Source of the DNA: the human T2T-CHM13v2.0 reference genome, Homo sapiens
Length of the DNA: 64,000 bases
NCBI RefSeq assembly: GCF_009914755.1
Contig: NC_060928.1
Strand: one strand, 5' to 3'
Shown: piece by piece, positions 43,100 through 60,477 of the stretch
Layout: every line of letters starts with the position of its first letter
Position numbering within the stretch: the stretch's first letter is position 1
The notes under the pieces: generated by a model
What the model was told of the DNA's origin: nothing
The model's database searches: none
What the model saw: the letters and a program-made list of their open reading frames with translations, nothing else
Program-made: the position numbers and the translations under genes

Positions 43100-44640
43100 A
43101 ATGTGACATATTGAGTGACATGCAATTTGATGACTTTTGACATATATACACCCAAGAAACACCACAAAAATAATGAACATATTAATCACCCCCAAATTTT
43201 CCTTGCCCTCTATCCCTAAGCAATCACAGATTTGTTTGCTGTCATTATTGATTAGATTGCCATGTGTAGAATTATACATAGATGAAACTATATAGCATGT
43301 ACTCTTTTTTTCTCTGGCTTCTTTCAGTCAGCATAATGATTCTGAGATCCATACATGTGTTTGTGTGCATCGATAGTTTGCTCCTTTTTATTGTTCAGTA
43401 GTATTCCACCATACAGATATGAAACTATTTATACATTCACCTCTTAATAGACATTTGGATTGTTTTTAGTTTTTGGCTGTTATAAATAAAGATGCTGATA
43501 TGGTTGAAATGTTTGTCCCCTCCATATCTCATGTTGAAATGTGTTTCCAGTGTTGGAGGTGGGGCCTAGTGGGAGGTGACTGGATCATGGTGGCAGATCC
43601 CTGATGAATGGTTTAGCACTATCTCCTTTGTGATAAGTGAGTTCTCAGTTCATGTGAGTTATGGTTGTTTAAGAGTCTGGAACCTCCCCATTCTCACTCT
43701 GTTGCTCTTGCTCTCACCATGTGACATGCTGGCTCCCCTTCACCTTCTGCCATGATTGTGAACTTTCTGAGGCCCTCATCAGGAGCTGAGCAGATGTTGG
43801 TGCCATGTTTATACAGCCTGCAGAACCATGAGCCAATTAAACCTCTTTTCTTTATAAATTACCCAGTCTTAGATATTCCCTTATAGTAATGCAAAAAAGG
43901 CCTAATACAGAGTTATTCAAGTCTCTTGAATAACTAGGAGTGGAATGGCTGGGATGTCTTGTAGGTACATGGAATTGTGTCATTTTTTATTCCCACAAGC
44001 AGTGTATGAGAGTGTTTATTTCCACACGTTAAGAACTAATTCATTGCAATTTTCTTTTTTTTAATAGGACATAAGTTGAATTTTTTTCAAAGGCTTTTTA
44101 AGCATCTGTGGAGGTAACCGTGTGATTTTTCTTCTTAGTCCTATTAGTATTGTGCACTCTAATAGTAGGTTTCCTAACAGAATGCTAACAGGTTCTTGCA
44201 TTCTTTGTATAAATATCAAGTCATGGTTGTGGTGTTTTTTTTTTTGAATGTTGCTTGGGAATCTATTTCTAAATTGTATTTCAGATCTTCGCATCAATTG
44301 TCATAAATGATATTGCTCTATACTTTTCTTTTTTTTGCTGCCATTTCCAGGATTAGGTGCTGATGTTATATTTATATCATTAAAATAATTTAAAAATTTT
44401 CTTTATTTGCCATGCTTTGAAACAATTTAAAAATATTGGGACTATTTGGTCTCTAAAAGTTGGGTTGAATTTCCCTGTGCAGATGACTATCTGGGTCTGT
44501 TGTCTCTTTGTGATCATTTGTTTTTTCTTGATAACTTTCTCTATTTCTTCTATGAAAATTGGTTAGTTTAAGCTTTCTGTCTCTACTGGCATTAATTTTG
44601 GTAAACTGTTTTCTAAGAAAGTATACATTTTATCTGGGTT
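43100..44640 (-). mobile_element. Old L1M fragments
   Basis: L1M 3'UTR and ORF2-like reverse sequence; interrupted by an MST LTR. Confidence 0.7.
43496..43909 (+). mobile_element. MSTA-like MaLR solo LTR
   Basis: TGATATGGTT...CTGCAGAACCATGAGCCAATTAAACCTCTTTTC...CTAATACA. Confidence 0.85.
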
Positions 44641-46897
44641 TATAGAAAGAAGACTAATATCAGCACAACAAAAATCTGTCAGCTTATATAAATTTTCTCA
44701 TATTTCATTACCAGAGTTACCATTAAAATGAACACGGTGTCTAAAAATGTAAGCCAAGGCTGTTTTTAAAAAAAGGAAACACAAGGAGATGTGTTCCCAC
44801 GGGAATGCCTGCCCAGATTTATCTTGGTAAATTTGTTCACAATTGTCACAAACCTACTACAGGGTGAAAGGTCTATGCAAGAGTACACAATTAACCCTGA
44901 GACATTTTTACACACCTATGTTAGTAGAGGGTGTCTCTTTCTCCTCTACCCAAGAGTGGAGCCACATTGACTATTGCTATTAATTACTAATTATTAGTAG
45001 TAATATTTCTACATTGCTATTTACTTCATATAGTCAATAATAAATAATGCAGGTGTTCGTGGCTTTCTTATCTCAATACTTGAGAGATAAATTTTGGCAA
45101 TAGAGATAATTTTACTTATGTCTCTAATGTTTGCAGAGCTTCTATTTGCTTCAAAAGTAGATTTATGAAAAAAGATTTCAGGAGAATCTGGTTTCTACAA
45201 ACTTATCTATTATACATCATCATTTGTCTTCATGTAGGTTTGAAGAAGAGTGATTTTAATAAAGCAAAATCAGCATAAATGCTATAAAACAAATGCCCAA
45301 ACCAACCAATGAAGCACTATTTGCTTTGCTCTACTCCAGATTAAGTGTCTGGGGTTCTCCAAATCTCCCCTTCCTCATGTATCTCAGACCAAAGGCCATG
45401 GATGGTAAATGGATCCTCTAAGCATCCACATTTGCAAGCAGCAGGGGTGAGGACGGAAGTTAGGGGCATCTCTTTTGGCTGCATTAGAAATATTTTCTAG
45501 AAATACTTTGTGCTGGCCACCCACTCTTAATCAAGAATCATTTCTTTAATGACAATGGTAATTGGGTTGGACTTTTAAGGCTGTCTTTAACTCTCTTCCC
45601 CCTTTTTTCTTCTAGCATCTTTCACTCTCGCTGTATCTCAGTCAGGGTTCAAATGCCTCTTTCTGAGCACCGCAGCAGCATTCCCTTGGAATCATCTCAG
45701 CTTTCTCTTGACATTCAGCAGAATGTTGGATAGGCTCTTTTAGTATTTATCCTAGCTTATGGTCTTAATCATTTAGGTATTTTGTTCTAGTCTTCAATGG
45801 TAGGATAAGAAGTCCAAGTAAGCACCTTTTCAAGGAATGTTACTATCTTTTCAAGAAATACTGTTCCTAGACTTAGTTGTAATTCTTCATATTATCCGGG
45901 ACTATGCTTTGGCAGATTTAATTTCCAAAGTTCAAAATTTAAGTCAAATTTAAAATCTTTTTAACATACATACAATACCTTATTTTCTTCTCAAAGGTGA
46001 GAATGAAATGGACACACAGAAATAGTTCGTCTTTCATATTATCTTTATAAATTGGTATTTGATACAGTTCATACTGAGGCGAATGTGTGAGATCTTGGCA
46101 CTCAAGAATAAGGCAACAATGGGAAATGAAGAATTTCACAATATTTGATTAAAGGATAACAAATAAATATCACTTATTATTGCTCAAAATAAGTAATACC
46201 TTACAGAATAACATCAAGAAGAAAAATAGATTTTAATGGGCCCCTGTAGAAACTGATGGATCAAGCATATAGAAATTAGTAAGGAGTGAAAAGTTTTCAA
46301 CAACCAAATTAGAAAGCCTGATATAAGAGAATTTTGCACCCAATAGATAGGAATACTTTTAAGAGATATTTTTAAAGCACAAAACCAACACTTTTAAAAA
46401 CAAATGAATATAACATATTTAAAAGGGAGTATACAGAAACTATACATTCTTTCCAAAGTCATATGGAACACAAGGATTCACAACAATTCTCAAAATTTTA
46501 TCACACAGGTAAAGTTCTATAACCACTATGCAAGTAATTTAGAAATTAACAATAAAAGATGGAGAAAACCAATATATTTGGGAAAAAAACTCCCAAATAA
46601 TCTGTGTGTTAAGAAGGCAATGATGAGAGAAACTATGAAATCTTTAGAACTAAATGACTATAAGAATACATATATATCAAGATGTTTGATAATCGGTTCA
46701 AATGGCACATAGGGATAAGTTTATAGTTTTAAATGCATCTATTAATAGACAAGAAGACATTGTGGCACTGTCAGATCCAGGCTTGTTTAAATTTGTGCTT
46801 TCTATTTCTTTAGGTGTCTTAACAAAATGGATAACGGCATATACCAATTCACCCCAAACTTCTCCCTGACAATAGCAAGCTTTCGAACTTTTAACTG

Positions 46898-46903
46898 TTT
46901 ATT
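46898..46903 (-). terminator. Candidate polyadenylation signal AATAAA of MGAT4D
   Basis: tttatt on + strand about 300 nt downstream of the stop; more distal variant signals also exist (e.g. ATTAAA at 46232-46237), so the true 3' end is uncertain. Confidence 0.4.
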
Positions 46904-47199
46904 GAGATTATGTGATGGTCTCACTATCGAAGTCAATAAAGTACAGTTCTTAATTTAAAAAAAACTTCCTTGCCTTTAGTATTTTTAAATTAAATTGTAA
47001 TAGGGTAAAAGCAATATAAATGTTCTACCTTGTCTTGACATAAGAAGTCATTTAGTACTTTCAAGTCTACTAGTTTATGCATTGTTTACTTATCTGCTAG
47101 ATAATTATGTATTTTCATTACTACAATTTCTGAAACATGCCATTAGATATCAAGGTTATCTGAGGTTCCAGGTATTACAGAGTTTCTTCTTATTTATCT

Positions 47200-47208
47200 T
47201 CATATTTT
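47200..47208 (-). CDS. MGAT4D: MGAT4D terminal exon coding part (K-I-stop)
   Basis: Strong acceptor ttttcatttcag|AAA ATA TGA, giving C-terminus ...EQYEKKI*, which matches the MGAT4D end as I remember it. Confidence 0.8.
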   Translation of the reverse strand, partial: KI

Positions 47209-47974
47209 CTGAAATGAAAACAAAAAATGTAACATCTAGAAATAATATATTAATTCATAAAGATGAAATTATTTTCATAGCAATTTCTTAATCATATTAT
47301 TTCCTTATTGTATCCTCTTTGATACCACCCACACTTTTTATATAGAGAAGGTAACTTTATATTGAGAGAAGATAAGATTCTCAAGATGTATTAGACAATG
47401 CCAATTTTAATACTCTTACGTTGTTAAAATGATTGAAAGCAGATTTCCATCTGTGGGATTCCGGGGAAATCTTTATAGTCAGATTATCATTACAGCCAAC
47501 AAAACATTGTAGGTAATATATAAATAGTTTAAAACATTTATTTTATTTGATTTTTATAACAAAACTATAGTAAAGGTTTAGGGTAATTTAAAGTGAAAAC
47601 ACAATAATCCTTTAATAATAATATATGAGAGAAAGCCAGAGATTAAATTTAAAATGAGGACTGAAGAAATTCTGCTTTTAATATAAGATTATATGGATAC
47701 TACATATCATATGAAATGAGTTTTGAATTTCTTGTTAGTCAAAGGGGAAAAAACCCCACACAAAACCAAATAAATCATGACAGTTTTTTGAGAAATATCT
47801 TTTCCCAGCATCAAATTCTAAAAGAGAATTGTTGCATGTATTTTCACATAAAAGAGAATCATAAAACTTTAAATAACAGTTTTGAAGAAAATGCAAAAAT
47901 GTTATACTGTACTAATATATCATCCTTTAATAAAAGTCAAGGGCATGACCTTAAGTAATAATTCAGTTAAAGTA

Positions 47975-52610
<4,636 letters not shown>

Positions 52611-52714
52611 AAGCATTTTTATGGGAAGTATCTTCTACTCCCTGCCCCTTCATCACCTCCAACTAGGCTTGGTAGATTTAGCAACAACTACTACAACAAC
52701 AAAACAAATGAGAC

Positions 52715-52789
52715 ATACATGAAAAAAAGTCGTTGTTTAACTGAAATTCAAAGTTAATTGGGTGTCCTGTATTTTATCTGGCAACCCTA
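52715..52789 (-). mobile_element. MER53-like DNA transposon fragment
   Basis: Reverse complement reads AGGGTTGCCAGATAAAATACAGGACACCCAATTAACTTTGAATTTCAG. Confidence 0.6.
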
Positions 52790-53242
52790 CTGGCAGTACA
52801 TTTAAATAATTGGCCCTATGCCCAGTGCACTGTAATAAATGGAAAATGACTTTTTGTATACAATGGAGAGGTAGAAAATCATAGAAATACACACGATTAG
52901 CTTATCAATTAAGCAAAAAACTTTCTTTTAAGTTTTTATTTGAATTTTCAGAAAGTATGGTTTTGTTAACAAATGTGGAAATATTTTGTTTCCAAAAGAA
53001 ATTTGTATGTTTATCATAGACATAGAATATGAAATGATAAAAAGCATTTAAACTGACAATCTAGGCAAATTTCAAAAAATTTAAAAACTATTTAAGAAAG
53101 TTCATCACTAAAAAGGCATATTTTTGTTTTATTAAGTTATTATTTTTTGAACTACAAGCTAGATGAATAGAGATAAATAAAATTATTTTTCTGCTTAATA
53201 AAACTGTAGAAAATTTATCTTACATTTAAAAAATTTTATCAT

Positions 53243-53569
<327 letters not shown>

Positions 53570-55174
53570 TTAAAGAACAAATTTTACCCAAAAGTTTTTT
53601 AAAAAGACTTAAAGAAATGAATATTAAGGGAAACACAGCAACAAAAGTTGAACATTCATAGAATGTAATAACTTAAAATTAAATTAATAAATATCTGATG
53701 ATTGTCTATATATTTATACCAATTTTCTTATACTTGCCACTTTATTGAAGGATTAATATTTTAAAATATGATGTAGTCGCTTAAGAAAGTTGAGAAATAG
53801 TCTAATTCTTATTATGTCATTATTTCCAAAGAATGATTTTGATACTTTTTAAAGCTTTAGAAACATGAAACTCCTAATAGACATCCTGTTAAAAATTTAA
53901 CAAATAATTTAAATATAATCACATTTGACATATTATTAAATTGTTATTGACTTCTATTTTGTGTGGTGTGAGGTATCAAAAGGAAAAAAGCCAGCATTAT
54001 AACATCAAAATATGAATGTTTATGTCTACATTTACTTAATATGCCATGAATTTACAAAGGTGAGGTTAAAATATCATATCTGGCCAAAAAATATAATGAA
54101 AGAATCCCGTTATAATAGCATCAAAAAAGAGAATGGTATAGACCAATCTATTTCTGCATCACATCTACAGCTATGCATTCTGATGGTGTGACTTTTTGCA
54201 CAAAGATTCACAACAGTTACATTTTCATTATTCCAGGCACATATTTGTCTTGTTGGACACATTTTCTTTATTGGATTCCACCTTGCTTGATAGCCAACAG
54301 CTAACATTTACTGAGTTCACATTATGTTCTAGGCATGGTTCCAAACCGTGCATTACAATACACAAAGTAGAAAAAGCAGAAAGAGGGAGAGTCATGAATG
54401 ATGGGAAGATGTATACGTCTATTTCTCATTCAGTTGACAAAGGATTAAAGCAAGCATTTCTTTCACAGTGTAAAGACACTAAGGGTAGAGGTGTCGAGGG
54501 TGGAAGAAACCTGAAGGATCATTTAAACTCTTTGAAGCTTTTATAGATGAAGAAAGCTCAGAGGAGTGTTATAGCCTGCCCAATATCATATATGTACTCC
54601 CTAGTTCACCAGGACTGAAAACTAGGTGCTTTGACCTTGAATTCCTTGTTTCTTCTACTACACTAAGGGGCTAAGTTAATTATCAAAAATATTATATCTG
54701 AAAATGATGCAAAATTTTAAGAATGACTAAAATTCAAGCAACGCTAAATTTTTCTTCATCTGGCAAAACGAACAGTGGTCTGAAATAAAAATTCTGATAC
54801 ATTTAAATTAAATAGTAGAGGGATTTTATTTTTGAAATATTCTAGTATAATTTTGAATTTTAGACTAAAAGAGTGAACTTTATTATAATTTTCAAAACTC
54901 TTTTTTAGTCTTCTTAAAATTGCACAACTGGGAACAGTAAGGCAAAATAGTTTATGTAGGCTGAATTCTTCTTACCATGATAGATAACTTGGGGCTTTAA
55001 AAGATGATTGCTTAATTTATAAATGCTCTTCACAACATACAGTACTGTCATAAGATGAATTCTGCTTAAACAACCATATTTTATAGTGTCTTATGTCACC
55101 ACTTCTTTTCTAAATAGTATTTTATAAGTTTATAAAACATTGTATGTTACTAAAGTTACATTTCAAAATCTTAC

Positions 55175-55282
55175 TTTTTCATATTGTTCTTTTCTAGGGA
55201 ATGATGAATGTATACCCACATGCTGGAAAAGAGAAGGTTTATACTGAATACGTATTTGCTTCTTTCGTTTCATACAGTTTCT
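55175..55282 (-). CDS. MGAT4D: MGAT4D penultimate exon
   Basis: ttccccag|[36 protein letters not shown]|gtaaga; 108 nt, phase 0 to 0; [15 protein letters not shown]4 motif; too short for the ORF track. Confidence 0.93.
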
Positions 55283-55822
55283 CTGGGGAAAAAGAAACAA
55301 CAATCTTCTGTAAAAACCCAGGTATTGCTTTGTATTGCGTTTACTGATGGTAGAATTTTTATATATTAGTTTTTGCTAGAGTTCTATTTTCATATTTAAA
55401 AATATAAACAAAATATTTAATTCTTAGCTTTTTCTTCATAAGAATAGAGCAAAGGAGTTGGGGTAAAAAAGGGTTTTCATTACAACATGTATTTGCATGA
55501 ACTCTGTCTTAGAAAAGCAGGTTAGTGTTGTACCAATTATATTTCCTCTCTTTCTTTTAATTACAATAACTCAAATAAAATGCTTGTTATTTTTCTATCC
55601 ATATCTGTCAGACTACAGCATTCTTTCACTTCCTATATTCATTGACTAATTTCTTTATTGAATTATATCACCTCAATTTCTTCTTAGAGAGTAAAAAATA
55701 TAATATTAAAACAAAGAACCAATTTATAGTCAATGAAAAAGAATCTGGATAATTTTCTCAAAAAAAAAAAAAAAAAGAAGGATGACCTATGGCACCACTC
55801 CTATTAAAAACAAACATTTGAA

Positions 55823-55972
55823 GGCCAGGCACAGTGGCTTATGCCTGTAATCTCAGCACTTTGAGAGGTGAGGTGGGAGGATTGCTCAGGAGTTTGAGAC
55901 CACCTTGGGCAATATAGTGAGACTCCATTTTTAAAAAACAAAAACAAAAACAAAACAAACAATAAAAATCCC
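55823..55972 (+). mobile_element. Free left Alu monomer (FLAM-like)
   Basis: Single Alu arm plus A-rich tail; 13-bp TSD acaaacatttgaa at 55810-55822 and 55973-55985. Confidence 0.8.
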
Positions 55973-57302
55973 ACAAACATTTGAAATAATGATGATCACT
56001 GAGAATTATTTTATATATTTTTATACATAGAAGATTCAGAAAAATAAATCTAAAATGTATATATATAGTAATTTTTTACATAACACATTTATTTAGATGC
56101 ATTTCTACCCAGTACTAATACATAGGAAATATTAACAGTTTCTCTTTTAACTGTAAAGTAATTTAATGGTCTAGAGTTAATTTAATTTGAAACTAAATTA
56201 GCATCAGATAAAATTGGTTGAGGAGTTACAGTTTAGCATATAAAATAATGGCTTTGCAAATACACCCTCAAAACAACCTGTTGATAAAGCTGAGCTTATT
56301 TCATATTGCTGTAAGGACAATCACTACTTTTATGGAGTCTGGATAGTGTCTGTTCAAATCTTTTGCCCTTTTAAAAATTGAGTTGCTTACCTGTTTTGAG
56401 AGTTCTATACATATACTGAATACATGTCCTTTGTTGGATATGGAATTTACAAATATTTTCTCCTAGTCTGTGGTGTCTTATCCTCTTAACAGTACCTTTT
56501 GCAGCACAAAAATTTTTAATTTTGATGAGGTCCAATTTATCAATTTTTAAAAATGCTTTTAGTGTCATTTAAAAAAATTTCACCCAGCCCTAGGTCCTGA
56601 ACATTTTTTCTATATTTTCTTCCAAGAGTTTTAGTGTTTAGATAGATGATTTTTTGTGTTTAGATAGATGATTTATTTTGAAATAATGTTTGTATAAAGT
56701 GTGAGGTTTAGGTCGCATTATGGTTGAGAGATATGGCACCAATTGATCCAGTAAACATTTGTGATAAGATTATTCTTTCTCCATTGAATTGCATACACTT
56801 TGTAAAATATCAGTTCGTTATATTTTGTGGGCCTATTTCTGGACTGCCTATTCTGCTCCATGGAACTTTATGCTTATCCTTTTGCCAATAAAGGTGGCTT
56901 GTCTTGATTACTGTAGCTTTGTAGTAAGCTTTCAGATTGAATAATGTGATTTTCCCAACTTTATTCTTCTTTTTCAAAACTATTTTAGTAGATCTATTTC
57001 GTTTGTCTTCTCTTAAAAATTCTAGAATCAGCTTTGGTAGAATATCTACCAAAAAATTCCTGCTGAGATTTTGATTAGAATTGTGTTACATCCCTAGACC
57101 AATTAGGGTAACATTCATACCTTTACTAGGTTGAGCTTCCCAATCTATGATCATGGTATGTCTCTCTGTTCTTTTTATTAGCATTTTAAGGTGTCCAGCA
57201 TATAGACAATATACATATTTTGTTAAATGTATACACATATAGATATATAAATATTTTATATATAATGTTTTTTAAATATTGTAAGTAATTTTAAAATGTT
57301 GG

Positions 57303-57665
57303 TGAGATGGTTTGTCTCTGTGTCCCCACCCAAATTTCATGTCAAATTGTAATTCTTACATTTCAGGGGAGGGAGTTGGTGAGAGGTGATTGGATCATGG
57401 GGTAAATTTCCCCCATGCTGTTCTCATGAAAGTGAGTGAGTTCTCATGAGATCTAATGGTTTTATGTGTGGCAATTACCCCCTGGCTTTCTCTCTCCTGC
57501 TGCCATGTAAGATGTCCCTTGCCTCCTCTTCACCTTCTGTCATGATTGTAAGTTTTCTGAGGCCTCCCTAGCCATGCAGAACTGTGAATCAATTAAGCCT
57601 CTTTTCTTTATAAATTACCCAGTCTCAGGTAGTTACTTATAGCAGTGTGAAAATGGACTAATACA
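57303..57665 (+). mobile_element. THE1D/MSTA-like MaLR solo LTR
   Basis: TGAGATGGTTTG.CTCTGTGTCCCCACCCAAAT...GGACTAATACA; near-5-bp TSD gttgg/tttgg. Confidence 0.85.
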
Positions 57666-57772
57666 TTTGGTTTTCAACTTTTCATTGCTATTTTGCAGAA
57701 AAATGATGGAGTTTTGTGTGTATAGACCTTGTATCTTGCAACTTTGCTCAAACCCATTTATCAGTTCTAGGA

Positions 57773-57807
<35 letters not shown>

Positions 57808-59612
57808 ATTCTTTGTGATTTTCTACATAGACAATCATGGCATTTGCTTTTCAATTCACGTGCCTTTGTTTTTCCCTTTATTGCACTGGTTTGAACTTCC
57901 AGTAAAATGTTGAATAGGAGTGGTGAGGATGGACATGGTTATTTTTTTCTTAATCTTAGAGAGAAAGCATCCAGTTTTCAACAATTAAACATGAAGTTGG
58001 CTATGGGATTTCTCTAGATGCTCTTTAACATGTCAGAGACATTTCTTTCTATTCCTAATTGGCTGGGAGGTTTTATTACGTATGAATTTTGAATTTTGTC
58101 AAATGATTTTTCTGCATCAGTTGATATTAACATGTGGCTTTTCTTCTTCAGAATCTTAAATTGGTGGGTTACACTGTATGATTTTCAAACAAACCAGTTT
58201 TGTATTCATAGGATAAATACCAATTAGTATGGTGTATTTTTCTTTTTACATATTGCTGGATTCAATTTACTATTACTGGGAAGATTTTTCTGTCTATATA
58301 CTTGGGGGATATGTGGCCTTGGTTTCCCTTTTTGCTCTGTTTTTGTCTGGTTTTCATGTCATGATAATGCCAGCTTCATGAAAAGAATTGGGATGTACCC
58401 TTTCCTCTTCTATTTTGGAGAAGGTATTATATATAATTGTTATTATTTCATCTCTGTTTAGTAGAATGCACCTTTAAACCCTTTGGACATGGAAATTTCC
58501 TTTTCAGGATTTAAAAATAATAATTTAATTTCTTTAGTAGATATAGGACTACTCAGATTACCAATTTCATTTTGGATGAGTTTTGATAGCTTACAATTTT
58601 TGGTGGATTTCATTTTTAAGTTGCTCTTTTATATGCTTGGAAGTGCCTGCAGTATTCCCTTATTATCCTTTTAGTATCTGTGGAGTATGCTGTGGAACTC
58701 CCACTTACTAATGTTGATAACCTGTATTTTTTGTCACTCTTATTAGAAACTTAGCAGTTTTATTGCTCTTTTTAAAAAATTACCTTTTGGTTTTATTGGT
58801 TTTCTCTATTATTTTTATGCTTTTAATTTTGCTGTTTTCTTTTACTATTATTATTTTCTTCCCTCTCTTCCTTTGCCTTTTATTTTGCCCTTCTTTTTTC
58901 TAGTTTGTTAATGTAGAAGTGGAGATTATGAATATGAGATCTTTCTTCTCTTCTAAGATATAGATTTAAGTCTATAAGCTTTCTCTCTAAGCAGTGCTTT
59001 AGCTGCATTCCAGAAGCGTTGTAACACTGTATTTTCATTCATTTCAAAGAGTTGTCTAATTTCCTTTGAAACTTCTTCCTTCACCTAGGGTTTATTGAGA
59101 AGTGTTTAATTGCCAAGTGCTTGAGATTTTTCAGTTATCTTTATGTTGTTGATTTCTAATTTGATTCTATTGTGGTACAAGAACATACATTAAAAATCAT
59201 TTCAGTTTAAATTTGTTAAGCTTTGTTTTATGATCCAAGATGTGGCTATTTTGGTGAATGTTGTATCTGTTTTTTGAGAATGTATTTTCTACTGTTATTG
59301 GATGTAGTGGTTTTTAAATGTCAATTAAATCCAGTTGGCAGATGGTGTTGTTCAGTTCTTTTGTCTCCTTGCTGGGTTTCTGCCTATCAGTTCTGTTGAT
59401 TACTGAGAGAGAGGACAGTTGAAATCTCCAACTGTAATTGTAGATCGGTCTATTTTTTCTTTTAGTTCTGTCAGTTTTTGCTTCATGTATTTCAAGACTC
59501 TGTTGTCTTCTTGGTAAATTAACCCTTTTATTATATATAACATCTTTCTTGATCCCTAGACTGTTTTTTTCTTTGCTTTTAAGTGTATTCTGATATTAAT
59601 ATAGCTACTACA

Positions 59613-59902
59613 AGCTGGGCATTGTGGCTTATGCCTGTAATCTCAACACTTTTGGAGGGCAACGTGGGCTGATGGCTTGAGCCTAGGAGCTTTAGACCAG
59701 CCTGGGCAACATGGCAAAAACCTGTCTCTGCATAAAATACAAAAATTAGCTGGGCATGGTGGCGTGCACCTATAGTCCCAGTTACTGAGGAGGCTGAGGT
59801 GGGAGGATCACCTGAGCCCAGGGAGGTTGAGGCTGCAGTGAGCTGTGATTGTGCCACTGCAATCCAGCCTGGGCTACAGAATGAGTCTCAATAAATAAAT
59901 AA
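59613..59902 (+). mobile_element. AluJ-type SINE
   Basis: Alu with (AAAT)n tail; atagctactac on both flanks. Confidence 0.88.
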
Positions 59903-60346
59903 ATAGCTACTACTGCAAATCTCCTTTGATTTGTGTTTGTATGGTATATATTTTTTTCATCCACAAGTTTTAACCTATCTATAATATTTGAACTGAGTAT
60001 TGACTTCAGTAGTTGCATCATTTGAAAAATCTACCCTGATGAACTCTTAATAGTGTATTTTAATCATTTATATTTAATGTAAGTATTGGCATGTTTGAAT
60101 TTACGTCTATCATTTTTTTTTCTATTTGTTCACTCTGTTTTTGTCCCTCTGTTTCTACTTTTCACTGCATTTTAGGGGTCTCTCATTACTTCATTTAATA
60201 GGTAGAAAGATCAAAATTTGGGATATTAGAAATTTTAAAAATTGGTGCATTTATCAGATTTGGTTTGGTAAACAAATTTTAGGTAATTACGTTAGATAGA
60301 TAATATTTTTCCTAAAATATTTGGTATTCATAAAGTAAATACTCAC

Positions 60347-60477
60347 AAGATCTTCTCCTGCGTCACACACCTTTACCTGAAAAATGTCATTCAAGAGCCA
60401 GTCTATGGGTTTCTCTTTGTAGAACATTAAAAAAAACCGTACAAAGTGAGTTAAGTCCTCAGATCTAAACAGCTTTC
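60347..60477 (-). CDS. MGAT4D: MGAT4D internal exon
   Basis: ccatag|[44 protein letters not shown]|gtgagt; 131 nt, phase 1 to 0; [11 protein letters not shown] is a conserved MGAT4 motif. Confidence 0.93.

Larger units (their letters stand above)
56350..60165 (-). mobile_element. Old mammalian L1 (L1MC/L1MD-like)
   Basis: Minus-strand ORF2 remnants (KIDKLDLIKIKNFCAAK; YYKATVIKT); interrupted by an LTR, (TG)n and an Alu. Confidence 0.82.

Noticed and set aside
47400-47500. Possible relic lectin-domain exon of MGAT4D (donor-like AAC|gtaaga near 47419)
   Set aside because: No convincing similarity to the MGAT4A/B C-terminus in the frames I read.
54110-54546. 65-aa and 116-aa ORFs in the last MGAT4D intron
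   Set aside because: No domain similarity, non-ATG starts and partial overlap with a MIR-like repeat.
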